A stretch of 64,000 nt of DNA from Cellulomonadaceae bacterium (lineage in GTDB: Bacteria; Actinomycetota; Actinomycetes; Actinomycetales; Microbacteriaceae). Of the stretch, positions 26,569 to 36,370 are shown piece after piece. Made by a program: the position numbers and the translations under genes. Under the pieces are notes generated by a model. That model worked only from the letters and a program-made list of their open reading frames with translations, was not told where the DNA came from and did no database searches. How positions within the stretch are numbered: position 1 is the first letter of the stretch; the number at the start of each line of letters is the position of its first letter. Location: NCBI GenBank assembly GCA_038118225.1, contig JAYOHK010000004.1:4773-68772 (forward strand), read 5' to 3'.

Positions 26569-27654
26569 ATGAGTTTCGTGGCAGGAAAGCTTGGCACCAT
26601 CGTCGTCTTGAACGACACGGCAGCGATCCCCCACTACGGCTGCAAGGTCGTGATGAAGCGCGTGGTCGACACGCTCGCAGGCTACGGCTTCGAGATCAAA
26701 ACAGTTTCTGTCTATTCCACTTGGCGGGTACACAAGAAACTCATCGACCAGTCAGTCGGTGTCGTCGTCAACGGTGAAGGAACTATTCACCACTCGGCAA
26801 AACGAGGTCGCTCCTTGGTAGCTGTTGCGCCGTATTGCGAGTCCAAGGGCATTCCTGTGTTCTTGATTAACTCGGTCTGGCAAGACAACAGCGACGAGAT
26901 GGCCGAAGAAGCCGGCAAGTTCCTGCTGCGCTACGTCCGAGAGTCTCGTTCCAAGAAACAATTTGCCGCGCAAGGCCTCTCCGCCACGATGGTTCCCGAC
27001 CTCACTCTCGGCTGGGACTACCAGCGCACCTCCCCCACCCGCTCCGGTCGGATCTATACCGACGCAGTGGGCATGCCGGCAACCGATCTTCTCTATCGCT
27101 TGCACCGCGAAGATCCAGGATCTCGGTACTTGACGATGACTCCACCGAGGGGCCACCGCGGTGACTACCCCGACGCCGAGTTCGAACGGCTCCGCCCCCC
27201 GCTTGATGAAACCATCGGCCACACCATCAAACTGAAGCTCAACCGCACCTACAAGCTGATCTTCTTGATCCGCGGCAAGCTCAAGAACCTGGTGCGCCAG
27301 ATGCGCGGTGACCTTGAAATGGTTCCCCTCACCGACTTCATGGGAAGCCTCGAAGGCGCCGAACTGGTGGTGACCGGCCGCTTCCACGGAGTGTGTTTGT
27401 GCATTTTGACGGGTACTCCGTTCCTCGCCATCACCTCCAACAGCCACAAAGTAGAAGGCATGCTCGAAGACGCAGGGCTCTCCCACCGAATCGTTCACCC
27501 CAGAGACATTCGCGCGGTGTTGGCCCACCCGCCAAAGTGGACCAAAGACGATGCGGAGAAGGCCGAAGCCTTCGTCCAAAAAGCACGTCGTGGGCAAAAG
27601 ACCATGTTCAACAAGGTTGTAAAGATGATTAAAGAGGCAAGTAGTGCACAGTAA
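26569..27654 (+). CDS. Polysaccharide pyruvyltransferase family protein
   Basis: HYGC, VNGEGTIHH, YVRESRS, VPDL, VTGRFHG, PFLAITSNSHK. Confidence 0.85.
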   Translation: MSFVAGKLGTIVVLNDTAAIPHYGCKVVMKRVVDTLAGYGFEIKTVSVYSTWRVHKKLIDQSVGVVVNGEGTIHHSAKRGRSLVAVAPYCESKGIPVFLINSVWQDNSDEMAEEAGKFLLRYVRESRSKKQFAAQGLSATMVPDLTLGWDYQRTSPTRSGRIYTDAVGMPATDLLYRLHREDPGSRYLTMTPPRGHRGDYPDAEFERLRPPLDETIGHTIKLKLNRTYKLIFLIRGKLKNLVRQMRGDLEMVPLTDFMGSLEGAELVVTGRFHGVCLCILTGTPFLAITSNSHKVEGMLEDAGLSHRIVHPRDIRAVLAHPPKWTKDDAEKAEAFVQKARRGQKTMFNKVVKMIKEASSAQ

Positions 27655-28192
27655 CCCGGCACTGGCAATCAAGCTCTACGCCTGGTTCGCCGTCGTGGCC
27701 GCAGTCTTTGCCGCCATCGAAACCTTCAACCGCGTCGAGACTGCAGAGTTTGCTCACTTAAGTTGGGGCGGCGCCCTTCTCGCCTTAGGCCTTGGCCACA
27801 CCGTCATCTTCCTGACTTCTGGTCGACCCCAGGGGTGGTGGACCTGGTGGGTGGGAACAAGCCTCACCGCGATTGTGGTGGGAGCACTCACACTTGGCCT
27901 TCTCCAGATCGCAGAGTCTGGTTTTGTTGTCTGGTCGATTGTGGTGTGGGCCCTGGTGGCAGGAGCATCGACACTGGTGACGGCGCTGCGCCTAGAAAAA
28001 GGAACCGAGCGTTCGGACTGGTTTGTGGTGGGCGGCGCAACGCTGCTGCTTGGAATTGTGACCCTGGTTGTTCCGGGGGAGCTGGTGTGGACCATGGGAA
28101 TGACCGGTGTCTGGGCGAGCGTCGTGGCAGTGTTCCTGGGAATTGGCGCGGTCAATTTGCGTCAGGTAGCTAAAGAGGCGAAAGATACATAA
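27644..28192 (+). CDS. Integral membrane protein (HdeD/DUF308-like)
   Basis: About six hydrophobic helices. Confidence 0.65.
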   Translation: MHSNPALAIKLYAWFAVVAAVFAAIETFNRVETAEFAHLSWGGALLALGLGHTVIFLTSGRPQGWWTWWVGTSLTAIVVGALTLGLLQIAESGFVVWSIVVWALVAGASTLVTALRLEKGTERSDWFVVGGATLLLGIVTLVVPGELVWTMGMTGVWASVVAVFLGIGAVNLRQVAKEAKDT

Positions 28193-28193
28193 C

Positions 28194-28433
28194 GTGGCTA
28201 AGAAAACAATCGCAAACCTTGCCCCCAGCGAGTACGTCGGCATCTCCGCAGTTCTCGGGGCCTTTGGGGCCCTGGTGGTCTTGCTGGTGAGCAGAGACAT
28301 CCTGTTTGCCGCAATGGTGTTTGGCATCGTGTTTGTGGTGTCCATTTTGGGCCTTGCCATGTTGATGCTGGCGATGACACCAAACGACACCCCTGAGGGT
28401 CAAAAGTCAGCCCCTGGAACGGGAAACGACTAG
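28194..28433 (+). CDS. Small two-TM membrane protein
   Basis: 79 aa, two hydrophobic segments, 1 bp after the upstream gene. Confidence 0.65.
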   Translation: MAKKTIANLAPSEYVGISAVLGAFGALVVLLVSRDILFAAMVFGIVFVVSILGLAMLMLAMTPNDTPEGQKSAPGTGND

Positions 28434-29806
28434 TCCAAGTAGTTCACTAAGTCACTCGCAACACCGGTATAGGTGGCGGGAGTCAGTATGCGAAGGCGCG
28501 CCTTCGCGTCGTCACTAATGTCGAGACCATCGACAAACTCAGCGAGTACGTCAGCGGTGACCTTCTTTCCACGGGTGAGCTTCTTCACCACGTCGTAAGG
28601 ATCAGTAATCGACGAGTTGCCGGCAACAATTTCCGCGCGAATAACTGTTTGGATTGCCTCCGCGAGGACTTCCACGTTGTCGTTCAAGTCTTCTGCCATT
28701 AGCTTCTCGTCGACGGCAACCTCTCCCAGTCCACGCTGAATGTTCTTCATCGCAACCATCTGGTGACCAATGGCCACACCAATGTTTCGCTGGGTCGTTG
28801 AGTCGGTCAGGTCGCGCTGCAAACGAGAGGTCACCAGGGTGGCCTGGAGAACGTCGAAGAGTCCGCCAGCAATTTCAAGGTTCGCTTCCGCGTTTTCAAA
28901 ACGAATCGGGTTGACTTTGTGGGGCATGGTCGACGACCCGGTGGCACCTTCCTGGGGGATCTGGCGCAGGTAGCCCAAAGAAATGTAGGTCCACACGTCG
29001 GTGCAGAGGTTGTGCAAGATGCGGCCGGTGTGGTTTAAGCGCTGGAACAGGCGGACCTGTCCATCGTGGGATTCAATCTGAGTGGTCAGTGGGTTCCAGT
29101 CCAAACCAAGCGACTCCACAAACGCCTTGGATACGGCAGGCCAGTCAGTTCCAGGCGATGCCGAGACGTGAGCGGAATAGGTTCCGGTAGCTCCGTTGAA
29201 CTTCCCGGGGAAGTCAACGCTTCGCACCTGGTCCAAAGCGATTGCCACGCGGTGGGCAAACACGGCAAATTCTTTACCGAACGTGGTCGGAGTTGCGGGC
29301 TGGCCGTGGGTGCGAGAGAGCATGGGGACGTCTCGCCATTCCTTAGCAAGCTCCACCAAAGTCGACTGAAGCTTTTCTGCAGTGGGAAGCCAGACGTTTT
29401 GAACGCTTCGCTTGATCATCAGCGCGTAGGAGAGGTTGTTGATGTCTTCGCTGGTTGCTGCGAAGTGGGCGAGCTCAGCGATGTGGTTGAGGTTGTTCTC
29501 GTCCAAAATTCGGCGCAGGAAGTATTCGACTGCTTTGACATCGTGTTGGGTGGTGGCTTCGATCTCGGCCATCGCGGCAACGTCGTCAGCGGAAAAGTCG
29601 CTGATGCGCTTACGCAGTGCTGCCTTCTGGTCAGCGCTAAGTGCTGCGGACCCGGCAACGCCATTGTCGGTCAGCGCAATGATCCACTCAATTTCGACTT
29701 CGAGACGCGTCTTGTTGAGTGTTGCTTCGGAAAAGTTTTCAGCAAGCTCAGCCACAAGAGGGGCGTAGCGCCCGTCGAGGGGAGACAGTGGAGAGTTAAG
29801 CGCCAT
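28430..29806 (-). CDS. purB: Adenylosuccinate lyase
   Basis: LSPLDGRY, TSEDINN, RTHGQPATPT, GSSTMPHKVNP; ATG at 29806 with GAGGGG SD. Confidence 0.98.
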   Translation of the reverse strand: MALNSPLSPLDGRYAPLVAELAENFSEATLNKTRLEVEIEWIIALTDNGVAGSAALSADQKAALRKRISDFSADDVAAMAEIEATTQHDVKAVEYFLRRILDENNLNHIAELAHFAATSEDINNLSYALMIKRSVQNVWLPTAEKLQSTLVELAKEWRDVPMLSRTHGQPATPTTFGKEFAVFAHRVAIALDQVRSVDFPGKFNGATGTYSAHVSASPGTDWPAVSKAFVESLGLDWNPLTTQIESHDGQVRLFQRLNHTGRILHNLCTDVWTYISLGYLRQIPQEGATGSSTMPHKVNPIRFENAEANLEIAGGLFDVLQATLVTSRLQRDLTDSTTQRNIGVAIGHQMVAMKNIQRGLGEVAVDEKLMAEDLNDNVEVLAEAIQTVIRAEIVAGNSSITDPYDVVKKLTRGKKVTADVLAEFVDGLDISDDAKARLRILTPATYTGVASDLVNYLD

Positions 29807-29958
29807 AGGAAGCCCCTCACGATTAGGCACGAACAACCCTTCTATTCTGGCCTATTTCGTGCTTGTCCACCGGGCCCACTCCGAATCAAGCAATCCACGA
29901 TCACACACTCGAGAGCGTGTTGGTCTGAATCCTTGGCCATCCTCCTCGGGGAGGTCCT

Positions 29959-30231
29959 ATGGACGAAGCTGATTACCGGGCTATTCGCGCTCAATTAGAC
30001 GCACAGGTCGATACGGTGATGCGCCTTCGCGCGCAATGGTCTCTTCTTCCAGAACCCACACGGTGGAGTGGGCCCGCTCACCTGGCAGCGCTGGGACAAA
30101 TCCGTCAGGGGCCTGACACGCTTGCCGGCATTGGCACTCAGTTAGACCTCGCTATCCACGAGTGTGATCAGCGCATTGAGCAGATTCGGCGTGACGAAGA
30201 GCTTGCGCAGCGCGCTCTTTCGTCCTGGTGA
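29959..30231 (+). CDS. Small helical protein with central WxG motif (WXG100-like)
   Basis: 90 aa, helix-WSG-helix pattern, GGAGG SD. Confidence 0.55.
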   Translation: MDEADYRAIRAQLDAQVDTVMRLRAQWSLLPEPTRWSGPAHLAALGQIRQGPDTLAGIGTQLDLAIHECDQRIEQIRRDEELAQRALSSW

Positions 30232-31319
30232 CCAGCGAGCTATGGGTTACCACGCCCGGAGGTTTGTCGGTCGCGACCGATCAGATTTTGGAGTTGATGG
30301 ATCAGCTTCGCCCGATAGTCACTGCGAGTTCTCACCTGGCAGATGATCTTCAGGCACTTCGGCATCGATTTGGTCATTCCACGATGTCACGCGCTCACGA
30401 TGACGCGGAGGATTTTCATTACTGGTGCCAATGGCTATCGACCTCGCTTGATACCTATTGCCACCAAGTGGCCCAGATGGAAAGAGTCAGGGTTGATTTG
30501 TGGGAGAGGCCCACGAATCTGGCACTCAGCAGCCTTGTTCGATACCTCACCGGACAGCCGGGCGTCGAAGGCTCAGAGCCAGGGTCGTCACTCGATGATG
30601 CTGCCGCAAGCCTGGTTGAGCCCACCCCGCCTCAGGTCGCGGTCGAAGTGGTCTCCCGGCAGGAGCGCCACGACATCTCGCTCAGCCTTGCCGAGCGTAT
30701 TGCCCGCATTCCAGACACTGACACTCCTATTCGCGTCGAGCGCTACCTCCTTGATGATGGAACCCACCACACAGAGGTGTTTATCGCGGGAACAAACGAC
30801 TGGTCGTTTCATTCCCCTGACTCGGCATTCGACATGTCCTCCAACCTGGCCCTCGTGGCAGGAGTTCCTGCTGCGTCGTTGCTCGCGACAGAACGGGCCA
30901 TGGCCCACGCCGGCGTGACCAAGAACGACACGGTCGTGTTCGTCGGTCACTCTCAAGGGGGCGCGGTCGCTGCCACATTGGCAGAGTCTGGCCGCTACAC
31001 CACCGCAGGTCTTGTCACCGTCGGGGCTCCGACAGGAACCCTTCCCGTGACTGGAAATTATCCCGCGCTCACCATCGAGCACTCCGATGACCTCGTGCCA
31101 CAGCTTGGTGGAACACGAACCCCGACTAATGCGTATGTGGTGAGGACAGACAGTGGGGCGCTGCCGGGAGACCTTGTGGGCGCCCACGAAAAATCTGGCT
31201 ACCTCCACACAGCCGAGGCGATTGACAAGTCAGTGTCTAAAAAGCTGGCCGATTTCGCCAGAAAATTTCCGCGCTTCGCGCGTGGGACGGTGACGGTGTT
31301 TGCCGCCGGGCCGGCTTAG
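30228..31319 (+). CDS. Alpha/beta hydrolase (lipase-like) with helical N-terminal domain
   Basis: FIAGT oxyanion region, VGHSQGG nucleophile elbow, DLVPQL, GAH; GTGA overlap with the upstream ORF. Confidence 0.8.
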   Translation: MTSELWVTTPGGLSVATDQILELMDQLRPIVTASSHLADDLQALRHRFGHSTMSRAHDDAEDFHYWCQWLSTSLDTYCHQVAQMERVRVDLWERPTNLALSSLVRYLTGQPGVEGSEPGSSLDDAAASLVEPTPPQVAVEVVSRQERHDISLSLAERIARIPDTDTPIRVERYLLDDGTHHTEVFIAGTNDWSFHSPDSAFDMSSNLALVAGVPAASLLATERAMAHAGVTKNDTVVFVGHSQGGAVAATLAESGRYTTAGLVTVGAPTGTLPVTGNYPALTIEHSDDLVPQLGGTRTPTNAYVVRTDSGALPGDLVGAHEKSGYLHTAEAIDKSVSKKLADFARKFPRFARGTVTVFAAGPA

Positions 31320-31732
31320 CGCTTTTTGAGTAGTGGCCTGAAGAACAAGCCAATAAACCAGCTCGTCAGGCTTAACACCAACGCTCCAATGACGCCCTGG
31401 CTGAAGCTTGCGACGTGAAGTCCAAAACCGAGCCAGTCGGAGATGTAGTTCACGACATAGAGCAGGCCGGCGTTGACGACCAGGGAGATCAGACCCAAGG
31501 TGAGGATGTAGATCGGGAAGGCCACAACGCGGATGACGTTGCCGATGATGGCGTTGACGATTCCAAACACCGCCGCGATCACCAAATACGACACCACGAC
31601 TTCCATGGTGGGTGCACCAATGAAGATTACGGTTTCGTCGGCGTAGGGAGTAAGAGTCAGGCCGGGAACAGCCCACACCGCAACTCCCAAACCAATGGCG
31701 GTCAGGATTGTTCGGGTTAGGAAGCGAAGCAC
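31316..31732 (-). CDS. Actinobacterial 'phage holin family' 4-TM membrane protein
   Basis: FGIVNAII..PIYILTLGLISLVVNA motif. Confidence 0.85.
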   Translation of the reverse strand: MLRFLTRTILTAIGLGVAVWAVPGLTLTPYADETVIFIGAPTMEVVVSYLVIAAVFGIVNAIIGNVIRVVAFPIYILTLGLISLVVNAGLLYVVNYISDWLGFGLHVASFSQGVIGALVLSLTSWFIGLFFRPLLKKR

Positions 31733-31797
31733 CCACCTACTATGCCCGCCGTTTCTTAACTTCCCCCGCGGACACGCTTTGCGCCTACGCTTGAGCC

Positions 31798-32898
31798 ATG
31801 TCTGTGGTTCCAGGAGGCGGCGTGTTGTTCCGCCCTGAGATTGTGTCTTTGCCGGTGTATCGGCAGGGCCGGCCCCCCGTTCCTGGCGGGCTAAAGCTGA
31901 GCTCTAACGAATTACCGTTTGGCCCACTGCCCGAAGTGATCGACGCGCTAGAAAAAGGTGCCTGGAACAGGTACCCAGACGCCACCGCTGCACAACTTCG
32001 CGAAAAGCTCTCTGCAATCTTGGGTGTGCCGAGCGACTGGTTACTGGTGGGTGCTGGTTCGGTGGCGCTTTTGCAGCAGTTCATTTCTGCTGCCGCGGGA
32101 CCTGGCGACGAAGTGATCTACCCCTGGCGAAGCTTTGAGGCCTATCCGGGACTTGTCACGGTGTCTGGTGCGACCTCGATCAAGGTGCCAAACCGCCTCG
32201 ACCACGGCCACGATCTTGAGGCAATGGCTGCTGCGGTCACTGATCGCACCCGAGTGATTATTGTCTGCACCCCCAATAACCCCACGTCCACGATCGTGAC
32301 AACGGCTGAATTTGAACAGCTGATGGCACAGATTCCCTCTGATCGCCTCGTGATTTTGGATGAGGCGTACCGTGAGTTTGTCGATAATCCAGACGCAGTT
32401 CGCGGTGAAGAACACTGGGATAAGTACCCAAACCTGGTGGTGACTAGAACATTTTCAAAGGCCTACGGCCTTGCCGGACTGCGAATTGGCTACGCCATTG
32501 CTCGTCCGGAACTTCTTGCCCCCGCCCAAGGGGCGGGCATACCTCTGGCCGTGTCGGCACCTGCCCAATTGGCCGCCGAAGTAAGTCTCGACCATGTCGA
32601 CCAGATCGAATCCCGTGTGGGCGAGGTTGCGCACCGCATTGCCCAGGTGCGGGACGCATTTGCCAAGCTGGGCGGCCTGCCCCTGCCCTATGGAAACTTC
32701 GTCTGGTTGCCCACGGGAGAACACACCGACCAGGTGGTTAGCTGGCTTGAGGACGAGAAAATTGTCGCCAGAGCGTTCCCCGGTGAGGGCATTCGAGTGT
32801 CCATTGCCGAGGCTGAAGGTGTTGACCCGCTACTGCGCATTGCCAAACGCGTTGTTGCTGACCTACCAAAATCGACCCAAAAAGCGCCGTTAGGGTAG
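31798..32898 (+). CDS. Histidinol-phosphate/aromatic aminotransferase (Pat/HisC family)
   Basis: KLSSNE, NRYPD, PNNPT, DEAY, RTFSKAYGLAGLRIG. Confidence 0.92.
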   Translation: MSVVPGGGVLFRPEIVSLPVYRQGRPPVPGGLKLSSNELPFGPLPEVIDALEKGAWNRYPDATAAQLREKLSAILGVPSDWLLVGAGSVALLQQFISAAAGPGDEVIYPWRSFEAYPGLVTVSGATSIKVPNRLDHGHDLEAMAAAVTDRTRVIIVCTPNNPTSTIVTTAEFEQLMAQIPSDRLVILDEAYREFVDNPDAVRGEEHWDKYPNLVVTRTFSKAYGLAGLRIGYAIARPELLAPAQGAGIPLAVSAPAQLAAEVSLDHVDQIESRVGEVAHRIAQVRDAFAKLGGLPLPYGNFVWLPTGEHTDQVVSWLEDEKIVARAFPGEGIRVSIAEAEGVDPLLRIAKRVVADLPKSTQKAPLG

Positions 32899-32902
32899 TC
32901 AT

Positions 32903-34024
32903 ATGCCTCTTTCTCCGGATGCACTCCAACTGCTCCAACCAGATGGCACCCTCGCAACTGGTGACCACCTCGAGCCGTATCACGCCGTCATTCAAGAATT
33001 GGGCGATGACCAGCTCGAGTTGATGTATCGCACGATGGTGATTACTCGTGCGCTGGACTTGGAGGCAGGAACCCTTCAGCGGCAGGGGCAAATGGCGTTG
33101 TGGGTTCCCAGTGTTGGCCAAGAAGCCTGCCAAGTCGGCTCTGGCTTGGCGGCGAGGCCACACGACACGATCTTCCCGGCATACCGAGAGCATTCGATTG
33201 CCCGCCTTCGCGGGGTCTCGATGCTTCAGATTGTTCGGATGTTGCGCGGAATCACCCACGGAGGCTGGGACCCTAAGGAATACAACAACTTCCGCCTCTA
33301 CACATTGGTCTTAGGCGCGCAGACGCTACACGCGGCCGGCTATGCGATGGGTATTGGCCTCGATGGCAAAGCAGGCACGGGCAACACAGATGCAGACGAA
33401 GCCACCATTGTGTATTTCGGCGACGGCGCGACCAGCGAAGGAGACACCCACGAGGCAATGGTGTTCGCCCAGAGCTACCAAGCTCCGATTGTCTTCTTCC
33501 TCCAAAACAACCATTGGGCAATTTCCACTCCCGTGCGCGTGCAGTCGCGCACGCCCTTGTATCAGCGCGCGGCGGGATATGGCATGCCCAGCGTTCAAAT
33601 CGACGGAAATGACGTCCTGATTAGCTATGCCCTGACGCGTCAGATGATGGACCAGGCTCGCTCCGGCGCGGGACCCCAATTCATTGAGGCGCTGACCTAC
33701 CGCATGGGCGCACACACCACCAGCGATGACCCCACCAAGTATCGCGACGAAGAAGAGTTGCACTTCTGGCAAGAGCGCGACCCCATTCAACGCTTCCGCG
33801 TGTACTTAGCGGGCCGCGGTTTCTCAGAAGACTTCTTCACCCAGGTCGACAGCGAGGCCCGTGACGAGGTAAGCGATTTCCGTAAGGGCGTGCTGGCGCT
33901 GGATAAAGCAGACTCCACTCAGATTTTTAAGAACGTTTACTCGTCGCCCAATAAGAACCTCGACGAAGAGGCTGCCTGGCTGGCGGAGTTTGAAGCTTCA
34001 TTTGTTCAAGGGGGTAACCACTAA
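32903..34024 (+). CDS. pdhA: 2-oxoacid dehydrogenase E1 alpha (pyruvate or branched-chain)
   Basis: GDGATSEG..NNHWAIS ThDP motif, YRMGAHTTSDD; substrate (Pdh vs Bkd) not resolvable from sequence. Confidence 0.9.
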   Translation: MPLSPDALQLLQPDGTLATGDHLEPYHAVIQELGDDQLELMYRTMVITRALDLEAGTLQRQGQMALWVPSVGQEACQVGSGLAARPHDTIFPAYREHSIARLRGVSMLQIVRMLRGITHGGWDPKEYNNFRLYTLVLGAQTLHAAGYAMGIGLDGKAGTGNTDADEATIVYFGDGATSEGDTHEAMVFAQSYQAPIVFFLQNNHWAISTPVRVQSRTPLYQRAAGYGMPSVQIDGNDVLISYALTRQMMDQARSGAGPQFIEALTYRMGAHTTSDDPTKYRDEEELHFWQERDPIQRFRVYLAGRGFSEDFFTQVDSEARDEVSDFRKGVLALDKADSTQIFKNVYSSPNKNLDEEAAWLAEFEASFVQGGNH

Positions 34025-34995
34025 TGGCAACTCCCATGGCGAAAGCCCTTAACGACGGACTGCGCGCGGCGATGGCGGCCGACGACAAGGTGTTGATCCT
34101 TGGTGAAGAAGTGGGACAGCTTGGTGGTGTGTTTCGCATCACCGAGGGCCTGCAAAAAGAATTTGGCCCCCAACGCGTATTCGACACCCCACTGGCCGAG
34201 TCGGGAATCGTCGGAACCGCAATTGGAATGGCGATGCGTGGCTACCGCCCGGTCTGTGAAATTCAGTTCGACGGTTTTGTCTACCCGGCTTTTGACCAGA
34301 TCACCACGCAGCTTGCGAAGTTGACCTACCGTCACGAAGGCTCTCTCGAGATGCCCGTGGTTATTCGTATTCCCTACGGTGGACACATCGGCGCGGTGGA
34401 GCACCACCAGGAAAGCCCGGAGGCGTATTTTGCCCACACGGCGGGCCTGCGCGTGGTGAGCCCGGCAACCTCACACGACGCCTACTGGATGATCCAGGAC
34501 GCCATCTCCTCACCCGACCCCGTCATCTTCTTTGAGCCCAAGAGCCGCTACTGGCAAAAAGGCGAGGTTGATGTGTCTGCCCGACAGGCGCCAATGAATA
34601 AGGCAGTGGTGGTCCGGCCGGGAACCGACGTCACCCTGATTGGCCACGGCGCCATCGTCAGCATGTTGATGCAGGTGGCAGAAATTGCCGAGGGTGAGGG
34701 AACCAGCGTGGAAGTCATTGACCTGCGTAGTCTCTCGCCGCTCGATTGGGACACCCTGGTCGCATCCGCCCAGTCCACAGGCCGCGTGGTCGTCGCCCAG
34801 GAAGCGCCAGGCAATGTCAGCGTGGGAAGTGAAATCGCCGCAACGCTGTCCGAGCGGACTTTCTACACATTGGAAGCGCCGGTCATTCGGGTGTCCGGAT
34901 TCGACACGCCATTCCCCCCCGCTCAGCTTGAGTCTTCCTATCTACCGAGTGTGGACCGTATTCTCGATGCCATCGACCGTGCGATGGCCTACTAG
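34024..34995 (+). CDS. pdhB: 2-oxoacid dehydrogenase E1 beta
   Basis: [24 protein letters not shown]. Confidence 0.9.
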   Translation: MATPMAKALNDGLRAAMAADDKVLILGEEVGQLGGVFRITEGLQKEFGPQRVFDTPLAESGIVGTAIGMAMRGYRPVCEIQFDGFVYPAFDQITTQLAKLTYRHEGSLEMPVVIRIPYGGHIGAVEHHQESPEAYFAHTAGLRVVSPATSHDAYWMIQDAISSPDPVIFFEPKSRYWQKGEVDVSARQAPMNKAVVVRPGTDVTLIGHGAIVSMLMQVAEIAEGEGTSVEVIDLRSLSPLDWDTLVASAQSTGRVVVAQEAPGNVSVGSEIAATLSERTFYTLEAPVIRVSGFDTPFPPAQLESSYLPSVDRILDAIDRAMAY

Positions 34996-35012
34996 GCAAC
35001 GAAGGAGTCAGC

Positions 35013-36329
35013 GTGGCACTGTTTCAGTTCCCCCTGCCGGATGTCGGTGAGGGTCTCACCGAAGCCGAAATCGTTGCATGGCGCGTGAAGCCGGGCGACC
35101 AGGTCAGTTTGAATCAGGTGGTAGTCGAGATCGAGACCGCCAAGTCTCTGGTCGAACTGCCCTCCCCGTTTGAAGGCACCGTTGAAGCCTTGTTGGTGAG
35201 CGAGGGCGACACCGTTGAGGTGGGCGCTCCGATCATCACCGTCAAGGACGACTCGCCTGAGGCCCCCGCCGTGCCCAACGCCCCCGCTGCGGAAGTAGTA
35301 GAAGCGGTCCAGGACGCCGAAGCGACAATCGCCCAGGACGAGGGCGACCAGCCCGCAAACTTGGTGGGCTATGGCGTTCAGTCGGATGAAAAACCCACTC
35401 GCCGCAAACGCTATGCCTCTGCCGAGAAAGCAGAAGAGTCGGGGGGCAAGCTCCCCATCCAGGATTCCGTGCCGATATTGGCAAAGCCCCCCATCCGCAA
35501 ACTTGCCAAAGAGATGGGTGTCACCCTCTCCGAGGTGAGCCCCAGTGGAATCGGCGGCGAGATTACCCGCAGCGACGTGATTAGTCACGCCGAGCAGGTG
35601 AAGGTGTTTAAGAACATCGACACTCCCGGCTGGCCCAAGGAGCGCGAAGAGGTTATCCCGGTCAAGGGTGTGCGAAAAGCAATCGCTTCGGCGATGGTCA
35701 AGTCGATGTTTGAGGCACCCCACGTGTCGGTCTTTGTCGATGTTGACGCCACCCGCACCATGGAGTTTGTGAAGCGCCTCAAGGCCTCACCTGAATTCGC
35801 AGGAATTCGCATTTCGCCGCTGTTGGTGATGGTGAAGGCGATGATCTGGGCGGTCCAGAGAAACCCCAGCGTCAACTCGACCTGGTCGGACAAAGAAATC
35901 ACCATTCACCACTACGTGAACATGGGTGTGGCAGCGGCCACTCCTCGAGGTCTCATTGTTCCCAACGTCAAAGACGCACACACGTTGAGCCTGCGTGAGC
36001 TCGCGGTTGCGCTTGAGCAGCTCACCGTCACCGCACGTGAAGGTAAGACCACTCCTGAAGAGATGTCTAATGGCACGATCACCATTACGAACCTCGGTTC
36101 GTTTGGCGTGGACACAGGTACCCCGATTTTGAACCCGGGTGAAGTGACGATTGTGGCGCTGGGAACGATTAAGCCCAAGCCATGGGTTGTTGATGGCGAG
36201 GTTCTCTCTCGTATGGTGACTACGGTGGCAGCAAGCTTCGATCACCGGGTGGTCGACGGTGATGTGGCAAGCCGCTTTGTCGCCGACGTGGCGAGCGTGA
36301 TGGAAGAGCCCGCGCTTCTCCTCGACTAG
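35013..36329 (+). CDS. pdhC: Dihydrolipoamide acyltransferase E2
   Basis: Lipoyl motif ETAKS, E3-binding domain, FDHRVVDG. Confidence 0.9.
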   Translation: MALFQFPLPDVGEGLTEAEIVAWRVKPGDQVSLNQVVVEIETAKSLVELPSPFEGTVEALLVSEGDTVEVGAPIITVKDDSPEAPAVPNAPAAEVVEAVQDAEATIAQDEGDQPANLVGYGVQSDEKPTRRKRYASAEKAEESGGKLPIQDSVPILAKPPIRKLAKEMGVTLSEVSPSGIGGEITRSDVISHAEQVKVFKNIDTPGWPKEREEVIPVKGVRKAIASAMVKSMFEAPHVSVFVDVDATRTMEFVKRLKASPEFAGIRISPLLVMVKAMIWAVQRNPSVNSTWSDKEITIHHYVNMGVAAATPRGLIVPNVKDAHTLSLRELAVALEQLTVTAREGKTTPEEMSNGTITITNLGSFGVDTGTPILNPGEVTIVALGTIKPKPWVVDGEVLSRMVTTVAASFDHRVVDGDVASRFVADVASVMEEPALLLD

Positions 36330-36332
36330 CGA

Positions 36333-36364
36333 TATTGACAATCATTATCAATAACGCCTAGTCT
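36333..36364 (+). promoter_or_regulatory. Zur box overlapping the -35 of the znu promoter
   Basis: Near-perfect palindrome TATTGACAATCATTATCAATA (36333-36353) contains TTGACA; -10 TAGTCT at 36359-36364. Confidence 0.85.
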
Positions 36365-36370
36365 GGGGCC

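Noticed and set aside
19872-27654. Kdo locus as a mobile element or Gram-negative contamination
   Set aside because: No transposase, integrase or flanking repeats seen; junctions are seamless with host genes and kdsB uses the host-type leaderless promoter; read-level confirmation is still advisable
29864-29872. TTGTCCACC as a DnaA box upstream of the WXG-like gene
   Set aside because: Single mismatched box with no cluster; could occur by chance
31316-31732. 'Phage holin' as evidence of a prophage
   Set aside because: No integrase, endolysin or structural genes nearby; this family is a common chromosomal membrane protein in actinobacteria
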